Source: Raillietiella orientalis
Lineage: Eukaryota
NCBI GenBank assembly: GCA_036172245.1
Contig: JAYWIR010000041.1
Coordinates: 1,488,001-1,552,000, forward strand
Reading direction: 5' to 3'
Length of the DNA: 64,000 nucleotides
Shown: one piece after another, positions 36,480 through 49,500 of the stretch
Position numbering within the stretch: the stretch's first letter is position 1
Layout: each line of letters begins with the position of its first letter
Made by a program: the position numbers and the translations under genes
Notes under the pieces: generated by a model
What the model was told of the DNA's origin: nothing
The model's input: the letters and a program-made list of their open reading frames with translations, nothing else
Databases searched by the model: none

Positions 36480-37430
36480 ATGATGATCACACATTGTAAT
36501 GAGCTTATGGATAAAAGAGTGTTTTGTTTTTCCTGGAAGTGAGTTTCAGACTTCCTCTCCATGGAAACGTTTTCTACATCCTAAAGCACTTCACACTTAC
36601 CATACGCGGTGCTTTTTTCGCCCAAAATGCCGCTTTAGTTCCATGCCAGGATTTTGGAAGATTTCTGGTAAACCATTTTCATGCTCCTATTTGCTGAATA
36701 AACACGCAGCATTGGTTCCACTGATCAGTGCCTGCAGAAGCTGGGATTTAATTCCTGTTGTTCCTTATGGACTCTTTGAGGTTTTCTTCAGAGTTGTTTC
36801 GAGTTTCTTTGTCTCGTGAATTCCAATCTGCAGCTTCCATTCTCGAATGCTGGAAGCTGATCACGACTTTCAGAACAGGATCAGCTTTCGAGGATTCTGC
36901 CTATTAAAAACTGCTATACTAAGATCTCAAGCAGAGGTTTCTATGGTGATGCTGCTTGGATTGTGTCGTGGAGGCAGTTCTGCATTTTCCTTGTCATTAA
37001 TAACTCTCAGATTAGAGGAACAGATCTGCAACGATGCTCTTCGAGCAGATGGATGCTCGGCGTTCATCCCAGAAATGTATTTTGCTTATCTCAGGATTTG
37101 CGCTCACATTTCACCTGTCTCAGCTACCCTCAATAGAAAGTTTTATTGTTCTCGTTCTTCGAAATGATCGGACAAATTTATATTGGGAGATATCAGAGAC
37201 CTCTCATCTAGCAATTTGAGACATTTGGAAAAACATCCGTTGGATTCACTTCCCTTCTTCATTACTTTGAAAATCATGATGAGACTAAGCGGTAATTTAG
37301 TGGACCAAAGTAGAGTTCATCAAAATGAGAAGCCGACAACGAGTAATTTCACTGCGTATTACTCACGAAATGTACTCGGTATCAATTGTATGAGTTGTTT
37401 CGAAGGCATCAGCTGTGGTCCTTAGGGAAA
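36480..37430 (+). pseudogene. FBXL-like unit
   Basis: FLHPKAL...PGFWKI (ORF 36499..36819); LCRGGSSAFSLSL...QICNDALRADG (ORF 36847..37167) ~ LVRGCGGLKALFL...QLEDEALKYIG; HLEKHPLD. Confidence 0.65.
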
Positions 37431-37439
37431 CATTCAGAG

Positions 37440-38230
37440 AGAACAAACCGAACCTCTGGAACTGAGATGGAACTCCTTATTTTCCGATTTCAGCTCCTGG
37501 AATCATCCCGTAAAGTTCTCAAGATTGAAATACTCAGATCGAATTCTGTTATCGCTTCCTTTATCGAGACGAAAATCAGCCATTTTCATATGCATACACA
37601 GAAATGATTTCCTAGCGGATGAAGACGGCAGCGAAAATGAGGCAGAAGAGACTCGTGGTCATCTCGGTGAGACTGTGATGGATTGAATTTCAGGGAAAAT
37701 ACTGCCAACGGCATTCACCTCCAGCACACGGATTTCCCGTGGCCAGGACCCATCCATCTTCTTGTGCGCACAAACCTCGGAGCAATGTTTCGTGATTTCG
37801 CCGTAAAAAAAGCACCAGCCAAAAAGATACTTGCGAAGAGGAAATCTTGTATTCTGTTGTTAGTTTTCGAGGAACATAAATTGACTGCATTATGGGATTG
37901 CTAGAAGAAAATTCCCGAAAAGTTTTGGCTGTCCAAGTATTCTGCATAGGAACAGGAGGGATGTTGGTGCATTGAGTGGGTACATTTCCGACGACGGCAG
38001 GAGAGTTAGAGATGAGAGCCGAAGTAGAGTGTTCCAAGTGCAGTCGTGTTTCTTTGATAGCGAAACGACATTCGTGAGTTTTTGCCGATCTCAAGCATTT
38101 CAAGATAATCAGGTTTGTAATTGCACCTGATTTTGTGCAACTGCGCCTCTTGCTTGAGGACTTGCATCCCCCCTCGTACATGAGATTTCCACTATAAGAA
38201 GATGCCCTGATGGTACCTGTGGAGCCTTCA
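37440..38230 (-). pseudogene. FBXL-like unit
   Basis: AVVGNVPTQCTNI...TFREFSSSNPIMQ...EDGWVLATGNP (ORF 37690..38181). Confidence 0.6.
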
Positions 38231-38329
38231 AGTTTTGCACATGGGATTTACAAGAGACAGATTTTTGCTGACTTGGATGCATTCAAATGAAACTATCTTC
38301 AAACCCCCCCTCCCTCCCCCAAAATACCA

Positions 38330-39340
38330 CATGAAAAAAAATGACTTTGCAATCATCACTCGAGAAAAGCTCGCAGATAGGCTTCGATGACAGTTCAGTG
38401 AAGTTTTCATCTATTTTAATTTTCCGGATTCAAAAATCACGTGTTCTAGGGGCAGGAAGCTCGAAACTTGCCTAGAGGCAATTATTTGTTTTGAGAGGAA
38501 AGGTCATCTTTGATCTTCATAGCTTCTTCGTTTAGCTCTTCTCCCTGGAACAGTGATGACACACTTTAGCTCGACTTTTAAACCCCTGACATTCTCGTGT
38601 GCGGCTCCTGGATTTCGCGTTAGAAAGGTGAACGAAAACACTCAAGGGTTTCCTTGATTCGTCTGTCCTTGCAGCTAGCTTGTGTTCCGAGTTGCGACCG
38701 GAATTCGCAGAAACCAGAGAGGGAAACGATCATTCCTGGGAATAGGGATAGATTCCGTTGCTCCTGTGGATTTCATTTTTAGGAACCACTTTGCAGTGCT
38801 GCGAGACGCGACGAACTCTCCCAAATCACCACGTTGCCTTTAGCAACTTGAAAGTTGTTGTGGTAAGTCCCAGCCTGCAAACCAAAGTCGCTTCAATGTG
38901 CAGACCGAACACCTCGCAAGAGAGCATTCAAACAGACATTGCAGCTACCGATGCTTTTCAGTGGCTGAGACGTCGGCAGGTAATGCTCGGTGCAAATTGA
39001 ACTCTTCGCTGTTTTCAAAAAAGCATCAAATACACGACAGCTGCAAATGCATACATCAAATGCAATGGTCTCTGTAGAGGAATTTTTTCGAGTTCAGCCT
39101 TCCTTTTAGTCAGCATCATTTTCATTCAAAAGATCATGGAGAAGTAATCGTCCGTCTGCTCCATCAGAGCATTTACTTTAATTTCTGCGTTCTGAAAAGG
39201 AGCTGATGGCCGACTGCAGCAGGCTGGAATTTTTGCATCGACAGTAGTAGAAGAGAGTTGATCTTGTCTATAGGATGACATTTCACATTTAGCATCCTGT
39301 AACTCTGCAGGAAGTCCACGTAAGTCCATAATGCTGGGAT
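38330..39340 (+). pseudogene. FBXL-like unit
   Basis: FSNLKVVVVS (ORF 38758..39000); ELMADCSRLEFL (~39200). Confidence 0.5.
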
Positions 39341-39844
39341 AAAGATGTTCCGAGTGTGAAAAACAGACCCTTCCTGGAGAATTCTCAGAGGCTTTTCTGC
39401 AGAGACTTTAGAAAGGAACTAAAATTTGGGGCGTAATGAATGCCTTGAAGCATACGCACACGCATACTGAGATCTATCTGAGGATCCGAAGAGTTCAATT
39501 CTCTCTTCAACGAGAGAACGCAATGGAAAACGCTTAGAAATCTTCAGCAGTGAAATCAGTTAAGCGGAGAACGCAGCATCCAGATGAACTTGGGCATTTG
39601 ATCAAATTATCTTCTTACAGAGGGCGCCATTATCTTGAATCGCGTCAAGTCACACCCATCCAATCTAACCTTTTATTGTTTTGAAAAAGGAGGAACGTAG
39701 TCAGCTCCATCCAATTCGACAAGAAGTCGTCTAAAGAAAGACTTCATTTCCTTCCTTTCAACTTGATGGAAAGAATATGCTACGCAAGATGTGATACTGA
39801 TTCGTGGAAGCACAGTGAATTTCATCTGCGCTGCAAAAGACGCA

Positions 39845-39879
39845 AGAAACCCACAATTGCCGCCAAACATCCCTGTGCT
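39845..39879. repeat. 35-bp target-site duplication, copy 1
   Basis: agaaacccacaattgccgccaaacatccctgtgct; 33/35 identical to 41220-41254. Confidence 0.85.
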
Positions 39880-41219
39880 TATTTCGTTGAGCATTTGGGT
39901 TATTACAATAACTATTGCTGGAATGGCTCTGGAGAATCTTTCGCGAATGATGTTCCCTCTGTGTTCTCCACGGTTCCTCGGTGCTCTCTTCCGGGGTGAG
40001 AGCATGGTCCAGATCATCAGGTTGGGCTGCATTTTTCCCTCTTACATGTGTTGCATAGATGCTACTTGAGAAGCGGATGCACCATCCGCTGTCGTAGCCT
40101 GATCAGCTTCTTTTTCGGAATTCCTAGGTATTGTAGAACGTTGTCGTTTTCAGGATCCCATGCTCCAGGCGAGCCGATAAGGATCGCCTGCACTTTGGTT
40201 ATTTTCCCAGTGTTTCCGAGTTGCATGGCGACATCATGGTATCTGGCCTCCTTTGTTTTCCTAAATGTGGTGGACGCCTCTTTTCCGTTTTCAAATGGGC
40301 AGGAGATGTCCAGCACACCTATTCGATCGCGTTTCTCTAAAACCAGGTCTGGTTTCAGGGTGGAGGTGGTTGCTGGCACTCTGCGATTACTTGATACCAG
40401 AGTCCACTTGGCTTCATCCATTGCAGCCTTCTTGAAAATTTCCAGGATAGCATCATGGCGCTGCATCGTCAGAGGCTCGTGCTTTTTACATCTGTTGAGC
40501 ACGTGTGATAAAGTCTCGTCCTCGGTTCCGCAGCGCCGACATATCCTGTCATGTACATTCTTCGTTGGTCCGGCGTTTAGTGGCAGAAGGTTCAGTCTTG
40601 CCGCATGGATGAACCTGTAGTCTTGGTACCTTAGGTGGATTCCGTTTGTATGGAAGAAGCTTGAAGAGTGATGCATGACCTTCCATGGCCTTCCCTTGAC
40701 TAAAGTGGTTTTCAATGAGGGATTGCCATGCGTGTTCTCGCTGAAATGCTCTTACGTCGGAGGCTAGCCGTCTTCTTGAACTGCTGGTGAAGAGTGTTCC
40801 GTCCACCGTGATACTGGGTTCTCCTTGTCGAAACTCCCAGCGGGCTTCTACTCCTCTAGAGGCCTTCCTGCCTTTTGACCAGAGGCTCTCCATATCCCTG
40901 CTGGGCTTTGCGATCTTCTTGCCCGTCATGAATTTCCCGGGATTTTCATCTGTCGGGGCTTTTGGACGATTTCATCCAGGGTTTGTTTGTTTTCGCTAGT
41001 TTACTTACTGCTTTGTCTGTCGACGTAAGCAGTTTGAAGCAGCTGTCCACAATGAAGGTAACGGACTCTTGAGCCAGCTTCATTAGTCCTAGGCAGCCTT
41101 TCGTTCTCTCTCCGTACAGGTACTCGTTAGCTACCCAGGGTGGTAAGTGAAGGACCTTCTTTAACTTCCTCCTTATTTGCTCGTCGGCATATTGCCATTC
41201 CTCCTTCCGGTGAGTTCGG
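39880..41219 (-). mobile_element. 5'-truncated NeSL/Utopia-type (R2 group, restriction-like endonuclease) non-LTR retrotransposon
   Basis: ORFs 40946..41245, 40549..40929 and 40062..40715: LPPWVANEYLYG..KGCLGL, SQGKAM, DYRFIHAARLNLLPLN, CRRCG..DETLSHVLNRC, RHDAI, KPDLV, LDISCPFEN, GSPGAWDPEN; frameshifted. Confidence 0.92.
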
Positions 41220-41254
41220 AGAAACCCGCAATTACCGCCAAACATCCCTGTGCT
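41220..41254. repeat. 35-bp target-site duplication, copy 2
   Basis: agaaacccgcaattaccgccaaacatccctgtgct. Confidence 0.85.
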
Positions 41255-42480
41255 GTGAAGATCTTATTTCAGAAAAGCAGAATACGACCCCTTTGTGATG
41301 CTCACAGCAATTTTTCGTGGAAAAGAAACCAGGGTGGGGTTTGCTAATAGAAGAAATGGTATTTCTTAAAAGCACTGATCTGTATGGTCACTCTGATGGA
41401 AAACAAAAAATCAGAGCATTATTTATTCACTTATAAGGGGTCATCGCTTCAGTCACTCGAATTTTTATCACTCGACGCTTCAGTTATCATTCCTTCAGGT
41501 AATTAATATATACTTAGCTCTAAAGGACTGGTTACTAAAAATCACTTCAGATCCTAATGAAATTATAATTAGGAGCCATCGCTGCCCTTCTCAACTGGGA
41601 TTACTTTGTCTCGGGATTTTCTGTTTCCGTTTCGTGAGGGCCAAAATGCAGAAATTTTCTACTTTCAAATAGATCCAAACTCTTTCTGTCACAATGCGAG
41701 CAATTTTTTTTCAAAAAGAGAGACAGAAACAGATGTACGGGACATGAAATGTGCATTTATTTCGTCGGATTACATAGGTGCGGCCACACAAAGTCTCAGT
41801 GTATGATGATAGCATTTTATGCCAAAGGAAAAAAATTCCAGCTTGGGAGTATTTCAATCCCAAAGCAGAATGAAAATTAATTTTTCATTGTCTCCATTTT
41901 GCTATATGAAGACAAACTCGTTTCACTTCTATTTCTTAGACCACCTTTTGGGCACCACGTGCAAAAGTTTCAAGGGCAAAGTCCAGTCGCTTGGAGAAAA
42001 ATATCGGCGTGATCTCCATGCACAGATTTACTGCAAGATCGAACTGTTAGTTTCATGGAGACGTTTTAAGAGCAGCTGCTTCCCTCCTTATATTTGCCAA
42101 TCTGCAGAAAAGTTGTCTTTTTTGTTCGGTGCGAGAAGCTCCCAGCTAAACTCTGGAGCCTCGGTTTCATGCAGAATGTCTTAATATAATCTTTATTAAA
42201 CGATCCCGCTGACTTTCTTGTCAAGTCAGCTGCGAGAATCTCATAACCGAGGGCTCTTTAGTAATGACCAGAGAAATAGGCGACAGAGACACTGGAAAAG
42301 TCTTTGGTAAGTTCCCCGGAATGCTGGGGATTTTGTGATTCATTAACGAAGAATTCCACTAAAACTTACCTTCGCATTAGTCAAAGCTCGTATTTACTAT
42401 GAAATGAATTGTTTTCTTTGCTCTGACATCCAGTCCCTCAAATTTCCTTCTCCTTCTCCCCAAAATTAAAAAAAAAAAAA
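41255..42480 (+). pseudogene. FBXL-like unit(s), probably continuing from ~39350-39879 across the retrotransposon
   Basis: VSCENLITEGSL; terminal SNFLLLLPKIK (~42438-42470) ~ KRLRTHLPNIK, followed by an A run. Confidence 0.5.
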
Positions 42481-42879
42481 ATTTTGTCATCTTATTCGAC
42501 GAGACACTAAAATGGAGAATGGCTAGCAGAAGAAAAGCTTATCCCTAATCCATCAAAGAAAGCCAAAATCAGGCCACGGCTGACACAGCTGCACCAATTT
42601 ATCACTGGAATTTCGAACATATTCATATAAAATTTCCTTGAGACGTCTTCGGGAGTTTTCCTCAGCTCCATTTCCTACAGTTCCCAGGAAATCACTACTT
42701 GCCTCTTTCCTCCCTTTCTTCAGGGAGTCCTTATCGGTTTCAAAAGCTTCCTTGAAGAAAGTTTGGAATCACCCATTTTACTCCAGTGGGAAGTTTTAAG
42801 GTCTCTTCGAACTTGCGTTATCGTCATTTGCGCCAATCGGTTGGGGCTGCCGCAATGTAATCCATGTTTGCTCAATTAT

Positions 42880-43440
42880 AAATGAACAACTGATGGTTTC
42901 GGGTAAGTGCGGTGTCTTCTCTTCTAGGTCCACTGCAAGATGCTGTCTTCTGACAGCGAAACGGATCTCGAGTTTTAGTATCTTACACGAAAGTCTCTGA
43001 AGCAAGCCTTGAGAAGAAGGAGAAAAAGATTTGGATTTACCGAAATCCAACTCCATCAGCAGCTCGAAACAGAAGCAGCAGCGTTCCCAACACGAGTGAT
43101 TTACCAGAAGCAGAGGACGAAAATGATGATTGCTGCCGAAGTCACGAAGAACTATGGAGAATGTACATCTCAAAGGAGTTGTCGCTGCGAAGTTCCTGAT
43201 TCCTTTTGATAGCTCACTGAGTCGACTTCAAATGAATCGGATTGCTGTTGAAGAGTTCATTTCTTGCCCCCCTGCAGTAATTCAAATTCACAAAGTAGCT
43301 AATCTGATGAGCATATTTTTCCTCCTTGCAAAAGCCAAAAAATCAGCTCACGGATCCCATGCGACACCCAAAAGAGATTTTGAATGGCAGACACAGAATC
43401 AATCTTCATAATACGTTCGCCCTGAAGCATTATTTGTGAT
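42880..43440 (+). pseudogene. FBXL-like 5' part
   Basis: KSRRTMENVHLKG...SRLQ (ORF 43130..43411) ~ QNCRNIEVLNLNG...SKLR. Confidence 0.45.
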
Positions 43441-43449
43441 ATGATCTCC

Positions 43450-44830
43450 CTCCTACCTACATGCACTCACCCTGCTGAGCTTCTGATGATAGCATTGAAT
43501 CTCATGCGGTTGAAAATGACCTCCATAAGGTTGGAAATTTTTACAATGCTGCAAAGCCAAGGAAACATTTGAGCTGAGATTGACCATGGAGGGCTGTAGT
43601 CTCAACGGTTCGAAAGTGGATTTACGCTGAACGCAAAATGGGATGAGTGAGAAGTGAGCATTTCATCCTTCTCCCTCCTAAATCGAATGGAAAATACGCT
43701 TTGCACATTGAGTGCCACAAGATCTTGAGATGAAAACAAAACCTGTTTAAGAATTGTAGCTTAGAATGGCACTGCATCAAAAGTGTTATCGAGCTCTCGA
43801 TCCGAGAATTACGAGAGTTCCCTACCCTCTTCCTCAAGCAGCAATGGAGGAGTTGCCTGCTTAGTTCTTCGTCATTAATGCAATATATTTTTGGTAGTTT
43901 AAATCCCTGATTTCCTTGTATTCACACGGACACTAGGGTGATCCACGTTCTGCACGACTGTCCGGTTTGTAGGGTTTGCCTGCCGATTCCCAGAACGATC
44001 AAATGCTCTTTAGAGATGCAGTCGAGCAGATCGTTAAAGACGTCTCTCCTCATGAATCAAATACGTCAGAGGGAACTCGGACGAGGGTATTTGCAATCTT
44101 TCCAAAAAGCTGCTTCGAAAAAATTACCTCGAAAGCTTATCTTGAGCATTCTGTCTTTTTCCATTCATTTCTGAAAATTTAAGCTTTCATCTAGAAATTT
44201 CAAAGGGTTCCCTTTAATACGAGTGGAAACTCTGAGGTCTATTTGGGTTGAGCAGCATTAGGAAATTTGGATTCGGCGCTAAGGTCAACTCCGAATTTCT
44301 TTCCAAAAGGAAAAAAAAATACTGTTTTTGGAGAGAGAAAAATTTTCCAGGAACCAGCGGCTGCTAGAATGTATCCATCCAGGGAAGGCAGTGCATCAAA
44401 CAAAATCAATCTCATTTCGTTTCCTTAGATGGAACTCTACTTCCTTCTAAGAATCTGACTGTGTGAACCAAGTGGCGAATTTCCCCGTGCGAGAAGTGGC
44501 CAAAGATTCCACTCCCGCCGATTAATTTGAGGACCCTGTAAAAAAGAGGATTTCCAGATTCTCACAACTCTCGGTGATATGGTCCGAGATGAAACGCTAG
44601 TGGTGAAACGTGCAGTCTGAATATTCTTCTGAGGAAGACCATGGTCAGAGACGAAAGTTCTCTTTGGAAATCAAGCGATCCTACTCGTTAGCAAACGCAA
44701 TCCATCAATTCTCCCTCGTGTTTTCGATTTCAAAATGTCTATCCCTCTCTCCTGCGGAACTCATCTTCTTTGCAAATAAAATCGAATTAAGTATCACAGC
44801 ATATCGAGCATAACTCGTGGCGGTCTCCGC
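43450..44830 (-). pseudogene. FBXL-like unit, among the best preserved
   Basis: RVGSLDFQRELSS ~ RIDLFDFQRDIEG; ITESCENLEILF ~ FAQNCRNIEVLN; CISKEHLIVLGIG; CINDEEL; CSLLTHPILRSA*IHFRTVETTAL ~ CVQITDSTLIQLSIHCPRLQVLSL. Confidence 0.75.
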
Positions 44831-44849
44831 CGATCCCTCCTGGAACATT

Positions 44850-45350
44850 GAGAAAGGTTATTTTCGTTAGTTCTTTGCAGCCAATCACTCTTGCATCAGT
44901 TGATCACTGTTTACACTGTCACGTGTACGACTCCCCAGATCCTGCCTCTTGATTGCTATGGCAACCGTGCAGCTGAGCCAGCTTGAGAATTCTCAACAGG
45001 TTTTTCATAACGTTCCAGTGCCGATGCTCTCACACTGTGGCATCCATTTCCACCTTTGGTCTGACCCTCTTAAAGCGCGCAGATTACGTGCTCGTTGCGA
45101 ACGGTTAGCCGTGCAATGTGATTTTTGTCACCACATCCGCACCCATCCGCGCGGAAGAAGCAGATCCCTGCTATTAGCTCAAACATCCTTGGGATGACCT
45201 TCCCGAGACACTGACTCAATGAGACAAGGCAAGCAGTAATCAAAGCATGATCTTGGCAGCCATGTTTCCTAGCTGTATGTTTTCGAAACTTCATCCAGTC
45301 CATAGAAAACGAAAGCCTCTCAAATAAACGCCAACATCAGAAAGCAAATC
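44850..45350 (+). pseudogene. FBXL-like fragment
   Basis: MLSHCGI...RARCERLAVQCDFCHHI (ORF 44949..45197). Confidence 0.45.
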
Positions 45351-45359
45351 TTAAACCAA

Positions 45360-46000
45360 TGGTTGCTGCACGAAACAGGGCTTAGAAAAATGTGCTCCAT
45401 GATTTCTGCATTTCCACGTTTCCTTACTTGGGAAGCGGTGGTTGAAGCAAGCATTTCTGGAACACAGTGCAACGGTGGTTTGATTCATTCATCAGTGTTT
45501 CGTTACTAGCAAAGATTACTCCTCTGAATGATTCTGTTCATACATTTGGATCACCTGAACATCATGCACTGTGCATCACCTTTCGTTTTTTCAAAGAGTT
45601 TTTTCCCGCCTTTACGAAGAATCTTGAGATACTTTTTTGGTTCCCTGCTGCGGCAAAGGATGAGGCGAAGCCGCAATTTGAGCAAAATGCAATAGAAGGA
45701 GTGTTTGAGCTATTGGAGTTGATAGCATTCCTATTCCAAGTCTTTCGTCGTACGTCAGAGCAGTCTCTAAGCCTCCGGAAGTTTCGCTATACTGAACTTC
45801 AATTTCACTTGTGATGGAATTTTTTCAGCAAATAACCTGCAGAAGAATCACTTCCAAATCAATCTGACTCTCGCACGTTGATTGTCCTTTGATGTAGATG
45901 AGCCGGAGCAATTTTCGATATCCATATCAATTCCATTACAAGAAAGACCGCGATTGGTTAAAGAAGTAATGATGATTTTACAGTTAGTCGACTCAGATTG
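45360..46000 (-). pseudogene. FBXL-like unit
   Basis: RRLRDCSDVRRKT...SIAFCSNC LRR pattern. Confidence 0.5.
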
Positions 46001-46850
46001 CGCTATCCTCTAAAAAGAACAAGTCATCCATGCAAACAGAGTTGGGAACGATAGAGCAATGTTTCCTGAAGGAAAAGATATAAATTTCTAACAAATCTTC
46101 CCCTCTGGATGGAACGATGAAAGTAAGCCAAAGAAGAGTTCTCAAGTTATCAGTCCTGGACTCTTACACCCGATTATCCACTGGCATGGTAAACCCACTT
46201 CCTTTGACACATGCCGGATTTAAAATTACTGATCAATGCGTTTTCTTAACTGATTGTGTGTTATTTTTAAGAAAGCTTCACACATTTCCCTGCAACGTCA
46301 CGCACACTCTGAAGCTTACGGAAGCTCCACCGATAACTGGGATGGAACTCAAGTTCGAGCCGGAATGGAAGTTTTATCTAGATTTTCTCAATCCGTGATT
46401 TACAGAACTGAAAAATCGAACCGTGGCGGAAACATTCAGATATCTTGCCTGCTTCCTCGAACTCAAATACCGAATCCACGTTTTAAAATTGCACCCATCC
46501 GAAGGAAAATTTCTCATTGATTTGTAAATGCGGAGAAGAGGGATGTGGCAAATTCACGCTGCAACAGACTCATAATTTGAAAGGCAATGCAAACTCTCTG
46601 AGGTCTGCTTGCAGAGCATGGCATCCCTCGGTTGGATATGAATTGCCAGTTCGGTTCAGATAAGCTTCCTCAAACGAGAGTATCTTAGAACGGTGAGGTA
46701 AAAAGTTGGTACGGTCAACAGCTCCAATTTGGGAGAAACCGAGTGGTTGCCAGAAGTTATCTTGGCATCGGAAGAAAATAACTTGACACAAGATAATGAC
46801 AAAATGACAATGGGGAAATTATTTTAGACTGTAAGCAAACGAAAAGATTA
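46000..46850 (-). pseudogene. FBXL-like 3' part
   Basis: TEGCHALQADLREF (ORF 46570..46791) ~ ARNCHELEKMDLEEC. Confidence 0.55.
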
Positions 46851-46943
46851 ATAGAAAGACGGATTGCATTGCCTTTCAAATTATGAGTCTGTTGCAGAGT
46901 GAATTTGCCACATGGATGATGGAAATCCTTTTCTGTCCTCTCA

Positions 46944-47656
46944 GCTCTTCGACACGGTTCCACGCCACCCGAGGGTGGGTAGTCTTCAAGATAGGGGGTA
47001 CCCCGGGAGGAGTCCTCCTTATGAATCCAGGAAGCACTCGGAGTCCGTTCCTCTCACGGGGGAGGGATCCCCGGAAATGGAGATCACCTCCACCCTGATT
47101 GTCTCCGAAGGCGAATCCAGAAGGGAATCTCTTTACTTATTCTCTCCGAAGAGACCCTTGGAGGGGTCCGCTCCAGTTTTTCCTCTCCGGAAGGATCCCG
47201 CTCAAGGGATCCGCTCCTGTTTTTACTCCTCCGAAGAGAACCCAGAAGGGACGCTTCCGAACTTCAGAAGGATGCAGCTTCCCCGAAGGGATGGGCTCGC
47301 TTCTCTGCACTCTCTGGGGAGGTGGTGGCGACACACCTACTCCATCAGTCCGATGAGGAGGGGTCCCCCCTGGAATGGAGGGTCCGCTCCTTCACAACCG
47401 TAGGGGAGCTCCCACTCCGTGATTCCTGGAAGGACCCGGAGGTCGACTCCCATTTGTCCCGGCCCTCATCGTTGGGGGCATCCGGTTTGAACCACTACCA
47501 GTGCCGCACCCGGACTGAATGTAGGCCAACCAGCGTCATCTCGTTGGGTGAATTCGGAACCCCACGACGCACTTCGTCGATTCCTTCGGAGTATTCGAAC
47601 CCACGGCGCATGGTGCCACGCGCGGAAACCACCGTAACCACACGGCCTCCGACGCC
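46944..47656 (-). mobile_element. tRNA-derived SINE, copy 1 (~710 bp)
   Basis: Reverse-complement head ggcgtcggaggccgtgtggtta...gggttcgaatactcc (A/B-box-like); colinear similarity along its length to 54611-55368. Confidence 0.8.
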
Positions 47657-47659
47657 ACT

Positions 47660-48720
47660 TTTTCAAAGCGGCAAGGACCTCAGAATTCTCAAGAAAGAAA
47701 GCAAAGAGCTTCACTCATTGAAAAGTAACAATTCAGAAATTGGACATTTGAAAAGAAACCATTTCATCGAAAACCGTTACAAAGGCGATTTTTCAAAGGC
47801 ATTTTTACATATGTGCAAAAACTTGCAACTTTTCCTCAAATGCACTCACTTTGAAATAATTGTATAGCACAGAGACCATAACCATAGACAACTGTTAATG
47901 AAGAACTCAAATTCATTATGTGGTAAGAAAGTGTTTCAAAGCACAATGCATACTATGACTGAAATCATTAAATAAGAAAATTAAGTTTTTGGATGCAACT
48001 CTGACTTCTTATGGATTCATTATCATGCCAGATTCACACATTATAAAAGATATGACGCAGAAAATCCATGTTTGACATACAGTATAATGGTTTCCTCTTA
48101 CCCACAGGGCACCTACCCACATGGATGTTACAGCATGTCGGTCGCCATCAATATAAAAAAGTCAACCATTATCAAATAATACAGGAGCCATCTTTGGCGC
48201 TTTTCGATGGCGAACCATCAAAATTCAAAGAAAACGAACTAAGCCAGCACACAAGATCCTCAGGCTGATGGAAATGGGAACCACAGAGCTCTACACTTGT
48301 ATAAGAGCCACTCAAAGATCTACAAATATGCTAGCCAAATCACAAGTATGCATTTCTGCTCTTCTCTTAGCCATCATAAAAGGCTGCGTGCATCCTTTGA
48401 GCACACTTTATCGGCAAAGTGATAGCCAGATGGCAAAATTGCTATCGCCTACTGTCACCTTTAGCCTCGGATGAACAAGATGCGGCTTAGTTATTCACAA
48501 ACACAAAATACGCGCACAGTGTGCGGAGTTTCGACAACCCCTCGGACGAGGAAGTCCGTTTCGTAGACTGCTTCGGAAACCAAACACATTATATTGGTGC
48601 TTAAATCAGCCACATTGACTGTGCAACGGAAAAGTTGACACGCGAAAAAACGGAAGTACCAAATACGATCCGAAACGATGGATGGGAGATGCTGCGTCTT
48701 AGACATGGGAAATACTCCGC
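47660..48720 (+). pseudogene. FBXL-like unit(s) right of the SINE
   Basis: ETITIDNC (~47872) ~ EVIELDNC; VRSFDNP...TEVPN near 48520-48660. Confidence 0.45.
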
Positions 48721-48779
48721 ATGGGCTCAGGACTGAATTACCGAAGGCATGACTCATCGAAATCTGCTGCCTCCGAAGA

Positions 48780-49500
48780 CCACTGGCGACTCATCCGTGG
48801 CAGCTCTGGAATAAATTCTTAGCTTCGTTATTTACAAGAATTCACTTGGGACCGTCTCCATATCAAACTGTAAGTTTTCTCTTTCAGTTTCTCTTACAAT
48901 TTTCTCATCTGTATCAGACCTGCTCGTCTTAATTAAATTCGTTCGTAGTGAATGACAATCTTGCTTTATCGGATCCTCACTCTTCCTCGCCATCCGAATT
49001 TCCATCACTTCAGCGGATCTGCCACCATTTCAACGCATTCTTTTTTTTTTTTTTTGTCGCTTCAATTACGCCAAGTGCGTTTATGTGTGCAGGAGACGAA
49101 TCCTCCGATAGGCAGCAACTTCTTAAGGGTGCAGGACGACGTCCCGCACCCTTAGGAAGAAACCACCACAAGCCTGTAAATGAACCCCGTGCTTCCGGGG
49201 AGGGGGGGGGGAACGCTCAGGTTCGCTTTATGATTTTTTCCAACCTTGTCGAAATTTTCGCCTGCCCAGGAGAACTGGACAGTCATCTGGGATTCCTTAA
49301 ATTCCTTCTCACTTGAGATTGGTGTCTTTTTTTGCCTCGCTTGAAATCTGACGGGAATCTTGAAAAGCTTCCTAGACACAGATAACCAAGGCTATAAATT
49401 AGATTTTTACCTAATCTTTCCGTGCAATTAACGAAAAGAGTTATCATCCATCACAGCCCCGAGATCGCTGCAGCAGTTAAATCTAACGGGTGACATATTT
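48780..49500 (+). pseudogene. FBXL-like 3' part
   Basis: SEFPSLQRIC, LGRNHHK ~ LGRNCKY, FSNLVEIFACPGELDSHLG (ORF 48948..49316). Confidence 0.55.

Noticed and set aside
35567..37868. Non-autonomous DNA transposon bounded by long TIRs
   Set aside because: No TSD or sharp outer ends; both arms are LRR-coding parts of opposite-strand units.
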